A stretch of 63,347 bases of DNA, counting the filler, from Thraustochytrium aureum (Eukaryota): NCBI GenBank assembly GCA_012862495.1. It is 4 parts of one record of this genome, joined end to end, with 100 filler letters (N's around TTAATTAATTAA, not from the genome) between each part and the next. Parts side by side here need not be neighbours in the genome. Positions count along the whole stretch, not along the records: positions 1 to 21,441 come from BLSG01000172.1; positions 21,542 to 32,094 come from BLSG01000172.1; 2 more parts are not named here. One strand, given 5' to 3'. The notes below the pieces were generated by a model. It had not been told where the DNA came from. It did not search any database and saw only the letters and a program-made list of their open reading frames with translations. The first letter of the stretch is position 1. The number at the start of each line of letters is the position of its first letter. This document shows, one piece after another, positions 12,681-23,660 of this stretch. Made by a program: the position numbers and the translations under genes.

Positions 12681-13851
12681 GGGTTCGGGAGGAGATGGTT
12701 GGCTGCCACCAACACGCGCCTCTCCGCGGCAAATACGCGCATACCTCCGATAGAGCAAATCTCACTCTCCGAGCACCGGCAAGTTTGGAGTTTCTGGGAT
12801 GGAGGGAGGCAGGCTGTGAGGAGGGCCGGCTGTGAGGGGAAAGTGTGAGTATGTGAGGGCACAAAGCGCGAGGAGGCTGTTCAAGTTCCTCCTACGGTTT
12901 CAGCCCGCGCCGGTGAGAATGGGTGGCTGAGGCCGGAATCCAGGTCGGCACAAGGCAGCCCTGTGAGGGCGGCGGAGGGAATCTTCCTGCTTGGGCGCGC
13001 TTCCCTCTGGCGCGTTCAGTTCCGGTTCCCGCCGGTTTCAGAGGGCGCGCAGGGCGCCGCGGGCAGCCCTCACATGAACGGGTGGCTCGAAGACATTTCC
13101 CCCCTGCTTCTCCATCGCAGATTTGCAGCAGACAGAGGTAGGTCAAGGAGCGATCAATAGAACAGTTCTCTGGAGCAGAACCCCGGGCGCAGAACTACTG
13201 CCAGGAGCAGTACGAGACGCCGTAGCGATGGAACTTGTGCAAGACGAGGCCTTCTTGCTGGACTCCCGAGAGCCTGCCTACCGGGAGCGCACGTACGTCG
13301 CTGGTCGTGCACCGCGACGCTGGGCTCTGGTCGAGACGCTGGCCGCGGTGGTGCTGCACCATTGCGACACGGCAAGGGGTGCGAATCAGCAGGCCTCGAG
13401 GAGACGAGCGAACCTCGTCGAGAAATGGGTACTTGGATTGCGATTGTGACTTCGATCTGAACTGATCATCAGCAAGTGACGTCTCAACACCGTAAGGCTG
13501 TCATCCGTCAAGGTTTGCGACACCCGGATACCTTTGATTCGCGTTATGGCGCCGACCTCGGCCCTTTCCAGCGAGCAGCCTCCGTGGCGCAGCGAGGCGT
13601 CCCTGTTGATGCTGCCTGCGGCTAATCATAGGTTTGGCAGCGCCGTTCCATCCTGTCACTTTTCTTCTGACGCCGCGCCTCCCGTCGCTTAAAAGCACAG
13701 CGTCGCAACACCCAACCACATGAGAATGTCCATCAAAATGATCAAAGTGAAAGAAAAGGTGAAATTCGATTTGTTTGGTGTCCTCGTCAGCAACGCGAGC
13801 GCGACTGTGAGCATCGCACGCCGCCCGCCGACTTCTGACTCAACCGGTGCG

Positions 13852-14877
13852 TCAGTTGCACAGGATCGAGCCGCTCGCGAAAGGGTTCTGGGGAGAAGCC
13901 TGCGCAGGCGGGTTGGGCGAAAGCTCAACGTCACCGTCGTTCAGGTACAAGACGAACGAGTTGATGGACATGGTTCCCGGATAGTCCGACTCCTCAGTTG
14001 GGTTGACGGCGTCCGGTCCGTTCATGGAGACCGCAAAATAGCCTTGAAATCCGTACTGAGTGCCATACGAGTTCTTCACGATCCAGTAGCTCGTGGCGTC
14101 ATCACCGGTGTAGTTGAAACCGACAACCAACACCGCGTGGTCAATTGTGCGAGGCGACTGAGGCCACTGCGCCTCAGTGTAGACTCCGCACTTGTAGTCA
14201 CTAGATTCGCCGGGGAAGTTCACCATGACCTGCGCAGGACCGTACGTGCTCACAATCTCGCGCATACGAGAGTTGGACACATGCGACTCGACTTCCAGCT
14301 TTGCTGAAGTCGATTGGCAGGCTCCTTGGGGCTTCGGGACGGGGCACGTCGCAGCAGGGTTATCCAAAGGTCCCGAAGGGTCTGTGTTTTGTGACGCGGT
14401 CAGTGGCATTTCCGCGTATGTCGGCACCGAGGATTGGGAGATGAACTCATGCATGTGCAGGACCCTCTCGGCTGACGCGCTGCTGCAGGAGTCGATGCCG
14501 CCGCACTCGAGCACGAACTGCGCGGAGAGGTCGTAGAGGCTCTTCGTGTCAATATTGCATTTTGCAGACCACAGATCGAGACCGCTCACAGCGTAGCAGT
14601 CGTTGCACGATCCTTGGTCTTTGACCGGTGTGGCAAACCCGAGCTCAACCCAGTTTACATACTTGCTGCTTTCACGGCCAATAGATGCGCGGAGGTGGTA
14701 CCGTTTCTTGAAATGCTTCTTCAGTGTCGCTTTGCTCGGTGCAATGACACCCTTATGGTGTCGGCGGTGCTTTCGACGAGACTCCTCCAGCGCAGACTCG
14801 ACGCTCTCGCGCAGAGTATCTGCGTTTGCGCCGATCACGGCGACGAGCAGCAAAAAAACAATGTTGGTCGCCCGCAT
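13852..14877 (-). CDS. Secreted papain-family (C1A) cysteine protease
   Basis: Signal peptide, 'TPVKDQGSCNDCYA' (catalytic Cys), 'LSAQFVLEC', 'IDHAVLVVGF' (His) and 'YWIVKNSYG..YG.QGYF' (Asn). Confidence 0.92.
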   Translation of the reverse strand: MRATNIVFLLLVAVIGANADTLRESVESALEESRRKHRRHHKGVIAPSKATLKKHFKKRYHLRASIGRESSKYVNWVELGFATPVKDQGSCNDCYAVSGLDLWSAKCNIDTKSLYDLSAQFVLECGGIDSCSSASAERVLHMHEFISQSSVPTYAEMPLTASQNTDPSGPLDNPAATCPVPKPQGACQSTSAKLEVESHVSNSRMREIVSTYGPAQVMVNFPGESSDYKCGVYTEAQWPQSPRTIDHAVLVVGFNYTGDDATSYWIVKNSYGTQYGFQGYFAVSMNGPDAVNPTEESDYPGTMSINSFVLYLNDGDVELSPNPPAQASPQNPFASGSILCN

Positions 14878-16046
14878 CTTCGTCGCTCAAGCTGCTTGAT
14901 CTTTCGCTGGTGCGTGTCCAATGCTTGCTTGTTTGCTTGCAAGACTCTGTGTTTCTCAAGGCCAGTTGCGTTGGGGCTCTGTCGCCGTGACCCGAGTCGT
15001 TCTGTTGCCGATGGAAGAGACTGGCTCATCTCTTCAATCTTTCAGAAGAAAAATGAGTCCCAGGCAAGTCTGTGCAAGTGTGGTGGTCGCACCACCTCCT
15101 TTGAGAGGGCAGCCCAGGACGAGCAAAGTCGGCTAGCCGAAAATAGATGGTAGGTGGTGGTGCCTCGCAGGCGAGCAGAACAGCTTCTACTCTTTCGTGT
15201 GGTTAGGCTGAATGGGGCAGCAATGATAGTCCCATTTCGGTCTCTTCAACCAAAAGCCTCAACGCGACCATTGCCTCTTCCAGTGGCAGTACCACTCCTC
15301 TACCTCGCACACGAGAACCTTTCAGCTTCGAAGTGCTTGCTCAACTTGAACTTGAGCGCTTGCGCGTGCTCAAGTTCAAGTTGGCCTTAGTGTACTCTTC
15401 CGGTAGTCTTCAGCGAAGAGATAGATTCTGGGACTCTTCAATTGAAACACAACCGTTGCCGCATCCTTCGAACGGCAGCCCAACTTTCTGCACAATCTGC
15501 GCCGGGCAGCAGTGGTCGACGATACCGGTACTTGAGTGCAACCTGTGGGCACAGATAGCGACCTCATTGACCTCAGCAGGAGTACTCAACTCCAGCTACC
15601 CACCCTAAGGTACAAGTTCTTCTGACCAAACCAAGTACCACCTCCGAAGGTGGCCTGCTGTCGTCGTCAACGAGTCGTCATGTCCAAGGAGCAGGCGCCA
15701 AGGAGGCAGGCTCACTTGGGCCCTTGGAAGAACGAGGCGACCTGGCGCGGTTTTGAACAAGAAGCAAGATGGCTTCTGCGAAGGGGCTGCGCGCCGACTG
15801 CCGCTGAAGAGAGAGGCGATAGCCGCCGACGACTTGTGCATGTAGAGCGCGCGACGGCGGCTGCCCGTGGGGGATGACGATGCCCTGCGCAGCCATTTCG
15901 TTTGTCCTAGCCCAACCGCGAGATCCTCGTTTCGCGCGCCTGCACTGCAACCGACTCGCCAGGGGCTTTGCTGCTGCCGACCCATTCATTGATGGCTACT
16001 TGAGCTAGCTAGTAGAGCGAGAGCGCCAGGGCAGATGGAGAGGAGG

Positions 16047-17058
16047 CTAGCTCTTGCCAGCGAGTTGACCACTTGTAGTATCAGCAGCCAACGGGAGGCG
16101 CCGCGTCAAGGCCATGACCTCGACGCGCCCGGCGTCGCTCAGTTCCGCGCCAGCGTCCACAGGCCGCACAGAAAACATGCCCGCCGCACAGACGCGAAAC
16201 GCGCTGTACGCGGCATGGCGGCCCACAGACGTGTCGAAGGACACCAAGCAAACGCCGCGTGGCGCCAGGTACAGGTCAACGGTGTCGAGAAGCGCACCAA
16301 CAAGCTCGACGTCGTAGACACAGTCGGCCGCGGACAATCACATCAGCGCTGCCGACCAGGGCCTCAAGACGCGTCTCGCCCCACACGAGCTCCTCCACGC
16401 GGACCCGCGACCAGTCTGCGCCGTTCATCTCCAAGTTGTCGCGCAGCGGTCCGAGCAGCGCTGCGCGGTCCGAGATGGCCACATTCGCGAAGCACCGCCC
16501 CCGTTTACGCGCGCCGGGCACTGGCCACAGACCCCGGAGCACCCCGCTCCGAGTTCAAGAGCCTGTGCCCCGCCCTGCGAACATGTGTCGGGCAGCAGCA
16601 CCTGCCACTGGTCGACGAGGACTCGCCCGAGGACCNNNNNNNNNNNNNNNNNNNNNNNNNNNNNNNNNNNNNNNNNNNNNNNNNNNNNNNNNNNNNNNNN
16701 NNNNNNNNNNNNNNNNNNNNNNNNNNNNNNNNNNNNNNNNNNNNNNNNNNNNNNNNNNNNNNNNNNNNNNNNNNNNNNNNNNNNNNNNNNCCCACACCAC
16801 GCTGCCGGTCTGCGTGGCGCCCTCAGTGAGCCCGCGATCGCGCAGCGCAGCGTCGCCGCCGGAGCGCCGCAGCTCTGGGTCTTGCTGGAGGCTGAGCGTG
16901 AACGCGCCCGTGCCCGGGCCATCTGGGAACACCAGCTCGATGCGGCGCGCGGCGTGCGAGACGTGCCGGTCCGTGAACAGCGGGACGAGGTCAACGCAGT
17001 CCTCGTCAGAGTCCGAGCTCCCGCCCGCGGCGCCCGTTGGCGGCGCAGCGCAGTGCAT
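16047..17058 (-). CDS. Family-16 seven-beta-strand protein methyltransferase (METTL21/23-like); gap and frameshifts
   Basis: 'TGSVVW', motif I 'ALELGAGCSGVCG', 'VAISD...LRDNLEMN', 'EELVWGE' and 'AADCVYD' appear in successive frames. Confidence 0.85.
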
Positions 17059-19714
17059 GGTCCCGTGCGGAGTGGAATGCCGGTCTGTGGCCACCAGTGC
17101 CAGGGAATGGCGATGGCACCGGACGAAACGCGGGCCGACAGCCCGAGGAGCTTGGGCGCGTGGCTCCAGCCCTAGCTAGAGCCGGCTGGTGAGCCAACAA
17201 CAGCCGGCAGCAACCGCACCGAACGGAAGCACGCGCAGCACCTCGGCGGCCCCGACAGGGACAAGTGCGGCTTGGCGCTCGCTCGTGCAGAGCAAGCGGT
17301 GTGCCAAGTCGCGGTTCAAGCCACGAGGCTTCGAACCGCGACGCGCAGCCGCCAACCTGGGGCGCTGCTTCTTGGCGTAGGAGGGCTGGAGGTTACCCTC
17401 GGGGCTGAAGGGACGGCGCGCGCTCGCACAGGGTGCCTTTTGTAGCCTTGCGCCTGATACAAGCGGCAGAGCGCAGCGGTGCCCATGGCCAGCCGGCGCT
17501 GCTTCAGTGCGAGCCGACGCAGGGCACACAACGAGTACCTATGTCACGGACATCTTCAGGCTTTTGGTTGCGATTCCGGTTCTCAGGGGACCGGTCTGGG
17601 GTCTATTCAGCGTGCGGCTTCTGTCGCGCCGCGTATCAGGCGGTAGCATTTCAACAAGAAGTCGTCTCGGGTGTCTTCCCATCAACACCATCTCATGCAT
17701 CTCAGGCCATCTCATGCTGACGTGTCGGTCTCTGGCAGGGGCCCAACTTGAACGATCCGAAGGTCATCACAGGCCATGCATACCACAGCAAGTTTGTCAC
17801 GGACGCGCCTTGTCTGGCATCGGCCTGGCAATGCGCCATCTGCAGTCCTTTCTTACAGCCTCCGGAAGCTCGAGCTCCTCGGGGTTGGTCCGGGACGTGT
17901 CACTCGCCGCGTGCCCTGTTTGGTGCGGCGGCACAAACGTCGAGCCAAGTCCCCAAAACCCAGATGTACGAGTAGGTATTTCCCACACACATTGTACACG
18001 TTGCAGCGAGCGTCTCGCACCCCGCGAGATCGATCATCGTCGGGCCGTCAGCTTCGCCAGACCGGCGGGTGATTGCCAGCAAGATAAAGATAGCTCTTGC
18101 CACGGGCAAGCTGCTCATCCGCCCCACAATCCCCCGAGTCGTGCCACCAGCGAGCGGCGCCTCGCCTCGTGTCATCGCACCGTGTGCCGCTGACCAGTGA
18201 CGCGCGCGGGCCAGCCGTGACGTGCAGGCCGCCCTGCGACGACGTCAGCGAGCGAGCGGAGGTTGGGGCGGACATCCGCAGGAGGAATGATCGATCAGTG
18301 AGCCGCGACTGTGTCAGTGAGCCGCGACTGTGTGTACAGTAGGCGTCTGGTGAGCCATCGAGTGCTGACAGAGTGTCTCTGTCGCTCCTGATGAGCAGCA
18401 TGACTCATGGGAGACGTGCGTTTCGCGGCGTTGTTGTGCAAGGCGTTCAAGGTGCTGCACATGTGAGTGCAGGCGCGCATGCTGCTGCAAACNNNNNNNN
18501 NNNNNNNNNNNNNNNNNNNNNNNNNNNNNNNNNNNNNNNNNNNNNNNNNNNNNNNNNNNNNNNNNNNNNNNNNNNNNNNNNNNNNNNNNNNNNNNNNNNN
18601 NNNNNNNNNNNNNNNNNNNNNNNNNNNNNNNNNNNNNNNNNNNNNNNNNNNNNNNNNNNNNNNNNNNNNNNNNNNNNNNNNNNNNNNNNNNNNNNNNNNN
18701 NNNNNNNNNNNNNNNNNNNNNNNNNNNNNNNNNNNNNNNNNNNNNNNNNNNNNNNNNNNNNNNNNNNNNNNNNNNNNNNNNNNNNNNNNNNNNNNNNNNN
18801 NNNNNNNNNNNNNNNNNNNNNNNNNNNNNNNNNNNNNNNNNNNNNNNNNNNNNNNNNNNNNNNNNNNNNNNNNNNNNNNNNNNNNNNNNNNNNNNNNNNN
18901 NNNNNNNNNNNNNNNNNNNNNNNNNNNNNNNNNNNNNNNNNNNNNNNNNNNNNNNNNNNNNNNNNNNNNNNNNNNNNNNNNNNNNNNNNNNNNNNNNNNN
19001 NNNNNNNNNNNNNNNNNNNNNNNNNNNNNNNNNNNNNNNNNNNNNNNNNNNNNNNNNNNNNNNNNNNNNNNNNNNNNNNNNNNNNNNNNNNNNNNNNNNN
19101 NNNNNNNNNNNNNNNNNNNNNNNNNNNNNNNNNNNNNNNNNNNNNNNNNNNNNNNNNNNNNNNNNNNNNNNNNNNNNNNNNNNNNNNNNNNNNNNNNNNN
19201 NNNNNNNNNNNNNNNNNNNNNNNNNNNNNNNNNNNNNNNNNNNNNNNNNNNNNNNNNNNNNNNNNNNNNNNNNNNNNNNNNNNNNNNNNNNNNNNNNNNN
19301 NNNNNNNNNNNNNNNNNNNNNNNNNNNNNNNNNNNNNNNNNNNNNNNNNNNNNNNNNNNNNNNNNNNNNNNNNNNNNNNCCGACCGATCGATCGACCGAT
19401 AGAGAGACAGAATTTGGAGACGTGCAACGCACCGCTTTGGTGCTTGCCCCACGACCATAATCCTGCTGCACAAGAGAAAAAAATGTGTTCACCCGTTCAG
19501 CCGGTTTGCCCAGTACTGCCTCGCCCTCCAAACGTGCGCGCTGGCGCAGGGTCGGGTGAGTCAGGCTTGCGGGACAAGAAACTGTACATAGGTACACGCC
19601 ATTTTTTCCATTTCCAGTGGTACCCTGCCAAAGCCCGCTCGTGAGCAGACCCTCCGCTTGCGCTAGCTCGGGGGGTCCCAGGCGAACAACTTGCCGCTCG
19701 GCGACTTTGGCTTT

Positions 19715-21441
19715 TCATATCGCGCCGGGTTGGCGGCGCTCACCGAAGCGAACCGCGGCACGCTCGAACCAAACCCGCTGCGGTGGTGCGCGCTCGACTC
19801 CCGCCCCTTCTCTGCATCGCCGCACGTCGGGGCGCTGCAGCTGGCAGCTGCGGACGGACCGGCTGCGCTCGAGTGCTGCACGCCCGACGGGGTAACAACG
19901 GTCAACCCTCGGCGCGGCCGCGTCTTCACGCTCCTCGGGCTCGTCCGCGCGCTCGCGTTGGCCCCACCCGAAGCGTTCTCCTTGCTCCCGCCCAGCCCGC
20001 ACGCTGCGGCCGCCGCAGAACAAAACGGCTCGCTGCGGCCGCCGTACCCGGCCGGAATCCACGGCGGGAGTGGGCAGCCTTGCCGCTCTCCTCGCACTGT
20101 TGCAGGGCGCGGCTCGAGCTCGGCGAGGGCGTCCGAGTGCGAATCGCGGCCGTTGACGACTCCCTTGATGCGCGGCCGTCCGTCCCCGTCGTTCGAGAGC
20201 TGCGCGTAGGCGGCTTTGGCGGCTCCGCCGTGGCGGCGGCGGCGGCCGCACGGGGGAACGGCCCCGGCTCCAGCGGACCTCGCGCCTCGCACCACCCGGA
20301 ATTCCCGGCTTGATGCGGATCCGCGTGTCTTTGACGCGGCTCTGCCGCCCCGCGCCCGCGCGCAAGTTGGCTGCGCGCGTCGCATCTTCCGCTGCCTCTA
20401 GCTTGGCAACACGAGCGCGGAGCGCCTCTATCTCGCGATCCTTGTCCGAGAGCAGCTTGACACCCTCCTGGATCATCGACTTGAGGTCCTTGTTCTCTGC
20501 CCCGACATGCAGGTGGCGCCGCACGGCAACCGGCTCGAGCACCATGCGCCCGTTCGCCCGCATCAGGCACACAATATTGTCGTCGTCGCGCGGGCTGCCG
20601 CCGCTGTGCAAATTGACGCCGCCGTTGGCTCCCTGAGCATGTGGGTTGGCCAGCGACGACCCCGGAGGAGCGACAAGCCCGTGTCGCGGGTCGAGGACGC
20701 GGTGCAAGCCGACGCGCGTCTGCCCTTCGAGAAAGCAGCGCTCGATGCTCTTGCCGTACGCGAGGCCCTCGTAAAACCCCTGCGAAAAGTGCAGGGCCGA
20801 CTTGTCGCTCATCCGGCCGCGGCTGCAGATTGCCAGCGGGATGCCCACTGCAAGCACCTGCTCGCAGACCAGCTGCGAGTTGCAGGCGTTGAGCAGCACG
20901 CAACCCAGGTCAAGTGCGTAAGGGGAGAGCAGCGCGGCGAACGCCCTCGCGCTCACAAAGTGCATCCCAGACCCGCCCGCCCCTGTTTCGAACGCGAGCG
21001 AGCCGACCCCAGCGTCCAGGATCTGCCTCTTGGTCAGCACAATGTCTTTGGTGGCCACCTCGTCGCTTCCCTCGTCTTGCGCCAGCCCAGGCTGCCCCGT
21101 GATACCGCTCCCGCGCGCTCGGTGCGCAGATCCCGGCCGAGCGTCTGGGAGCCGCAACACGAGCGAGTCGTGCTCGCCCAGAAAACTGCGCCGAATGTCC
21201 TCGAGATCCGGCACAGGCACATCTTGGCCAAAAACGAGAAGCTGCCGCTCTTCGACTCGCGCCTCTGCGTTCTTGCCCTCGGGCCCAGCGACGACGCTGT
21301 CGCCGCGGGCCCGAGCTGGCCTCTCCGCGGCTGAATTTTCCCACGTCGGGTGCTTTTCCTCTTCTTCGTCTCCTTCGCCGCGCTCGTTGCCCTCCTCGCG
21401 GATACCGCGCTCTGGGCGCACTTGCGACCCCGCCCCCCGCT
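19715..21441 (-). CDS. CHAT (caspase-HetF-like) domain protein with coiled coil; 5' truncated, 3' end uncertain
   Basis: 'GSLAFE...VSARAFAALL...CVLLNACNS...GIPLAIC....MSDKSALHFSQGFYEGLAYGKSIERCF.EG' matches the C-terminal half of CHAT domains. Followed by coiled coil 'ENKDLKSMIQEG...LRARVAKLE'. Confidence 0.7.
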
Positions 21442-21541
21442 NNNNNNNNNNNNNNNNNNNNNNNNNNNNNNNNNNNNNNNNNNNNTTAATTAATTAANNN
21501 NNNNNNNNNNNNNNNNNNNNNNNNNNNNNNNNNNNNNNNNN
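21442..21541. other. Artificial scaffold linker N44-TTAATTAATTAA-N44
   Basis: Six-frame-stop 12-mer at 21486-21497 embedded in Ns. Confidence 0.97.
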
Positions 21542-23196
21542 GAGCTTGCCCATCTGCGGCTGGTCCGAGGTGTCCGCCATCTGCTGCAGGTCCCAGGCTG
21601 CGGCGTGCTCGCCACACGAGGAATCTAGCCACTCGCGGTACTTGGCTGCGTCTTGTTCGCCTGAGAACAGGATGCGCCGGCTGATGCTGATGGGCTCGCC
21701 GTCCATCCGTTGCTGCAGCGCCAGGGCGACCTGCGGCCCGCCGAGATTGTGTACGATGTCAGCAATGCAGCTCTGCGCAAAGCCAAGCGCCGTCTCGTCG
21801 CCAACGCCGCTGGCCAGCCGCGTCTTGCAGCGCCCGAGTTGCGGGAACTTGGCGACGAGATAGAGGCAGACGTCGCGCTTGCGGGCATTTGCGCCTTCGA
21901 GGTGGTCTCTAACGACGGTGCGAAAGGCGCCAATGTCGGCGGCGGGGCGCAACATCAAGCGTCGCGCGAGGTGCAGCGCAAGCGCCTCGCGCGCAGAGCG
22001 CTCCTTATCGGACTCGATACGCTCAAAGTCCTCGACGTGAGCGATACCAATCGTGCGGCGGATCATCTCGCAGGCGGCAAAGCCCTGCGCGTCCAGCCAA
22101 GTTCGCCGCAGCACCCTGTTTAAGACGCCCTCGCCCGAGACGTGCGCCTGAAGGCAGATTGCGACGCGGCCGGCTTGGATCCCGGCTGAGGAAGACGCGC
22201 CGTTGATGCCGAGCCTGGCGGCGAACCAGAGCGCCCTGAACCGCGACTCGAAGGCGAGCCACAGCTCGGTTGCCTGCTGGGCCGCAAACCCTTGGCCCGC
22301 CGCCCCGTGGTGACTACAGGCGCCGAGAGCAGGTTCCCTAAAAGCAGGCCGACGTCGAACGCCATGGGTCCCATCAAGGCAAACTCGAGGTCGAAGAAGC
22401 GCACGTCACCGTCGCCGCTCGCCAGGACGCTGCCGGTATGAAGGTCGCCGTGCAGCAGCGCCTCCTTGCTCGTCATAAAACGCGACTTGAGGCGCGCCAC
22501 CTCGGTCAGCACTGCCTCGTCGCGCTGGAGGCTCTGGACCGTGGCGTCGAGGTGCGGCGACGTCCACTTGTTGGGGAATGTGGGCTTGCCGGTCAGATCG
22601 AACGGGCAGGTGAAAATCGCCTCCTCGGTCAAGCTGCAAAGCTCGTCGTTTTGGCAAAAGTACGCCTCCAGGACACGCCGCCGCTCCCCGGACATTGCGA
22701 ACGTTGTGGACGGAAACAAGGCCCTGGCAAGCCGGTCGCCTGCCAATCTTCCAACGCTCGTCGAAAGTCCGTCTGGCGCCTGCGCGATCGCTTTGCGCAA
22801 GACGCGGTGCGGTGCAACAAATTCCATCAGGATGCAGGCCATCTCCTCGTCAAAGGCAAGCACTCTCGGCACGCACCCTGGGCACTGCTCCTGAAACCAG
22901 GTCAAGCAGGCGTGCTCAAAGTATATCCGCTTGGCCCCGAGCGCAAACGCTGGGATCAGCCGCATGAACGGCAGCGCCTGCTTTACGCACACCGCGGTGC
23001 CGCCGGTCCCTCGCACCACGAACACGTGGTTCAGGTTGCCGTCCGAGCGCTCCTCCACGTCGAGGAGGGCCCCGCCGAGCTGCGTGGCCCAAATCTCGCC
23101 ATGCCGCTCCTCCAAGTACGCTCCGACCGAGTGGACGCTCAGCTCCGTGAAGGCCTCTCCGACGCCGACCTCGCGCACCGGGCGAAAGCCCTCCAT
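21542..23196 (-). CDS. Fusion of a methylthioribose-kinase domain with a DUF2064/TIGR04282 (CofC-like) transferase domain; 3' truncated; one frameshift at ~22321
   Basis: Kinase motifs DGNLN, VKQALP, LHGDLHTGS (22429-22452), DLEFALMGPMAFD and GFAACEMIRRTIGIAHVEDF. These run with no stop into LYLVAKFPQLGRCKTRL (21815-21853). Confidence 0.85.
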
Positions 23197-23660
23197 GGCG
23201 CTGCGCCCTCGAGCGTCGCGCCCGTCGTGGTGGTCTGGCGCGCTCGCGTCAACTCGCCTTCACCGAACACGAGATAGATACTACAAAGAAAGTAGGAGCA
23301 GTGCCCAATCACATGATGGCGCCAAAGAGCGAGTGGAGCGACCGGCGCGGATCGCTCGGCCAGGCTTGCAGGCTGCTGCGAGGGCAGCGTTCCTTGCCGG
23401 GCTGCTTCATGGAAGACAGACCAGGCCGCTGCAGTTTGGAGAGTAGAGCGACTTGGCGTTCGTTTTTTCCCTCCCTGATCCAAGAGAGGCAACCTCGCAC
23501 GCGCTGGTGCACTGGGAGACGGCCTGGCCACACAGGCAAGCGCCGGGCAGCCGCGCGACATCGTTTCTTGACCAAGCAAGAGTCCTCCGGCAAGTCCAAG
23601 TAGGTGGTTGCAAACGCGACTGTGTTCATAAACGAGCAAGCAACAGAAGCTGTGTTCAGA

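Noticed and set aside
17200..19700. Gene or mobile element in this region
   Set aside because: There are only short ORFs without recognisable motifs, plus a large gap, and no terminal repeats or transposase/RT motifs were seen.
21486..21497. TTAATTAATTAA as a biological motif (e.g. piggyBac target)
   Set aside because: It is always centred in exactly 44+44 Ns, so it is an assembly spacer.
19715..23196. Functional cluster of the CHAT gene with the MTK fusion
   Set aside because: They are separated by an artificial scaffold linker.
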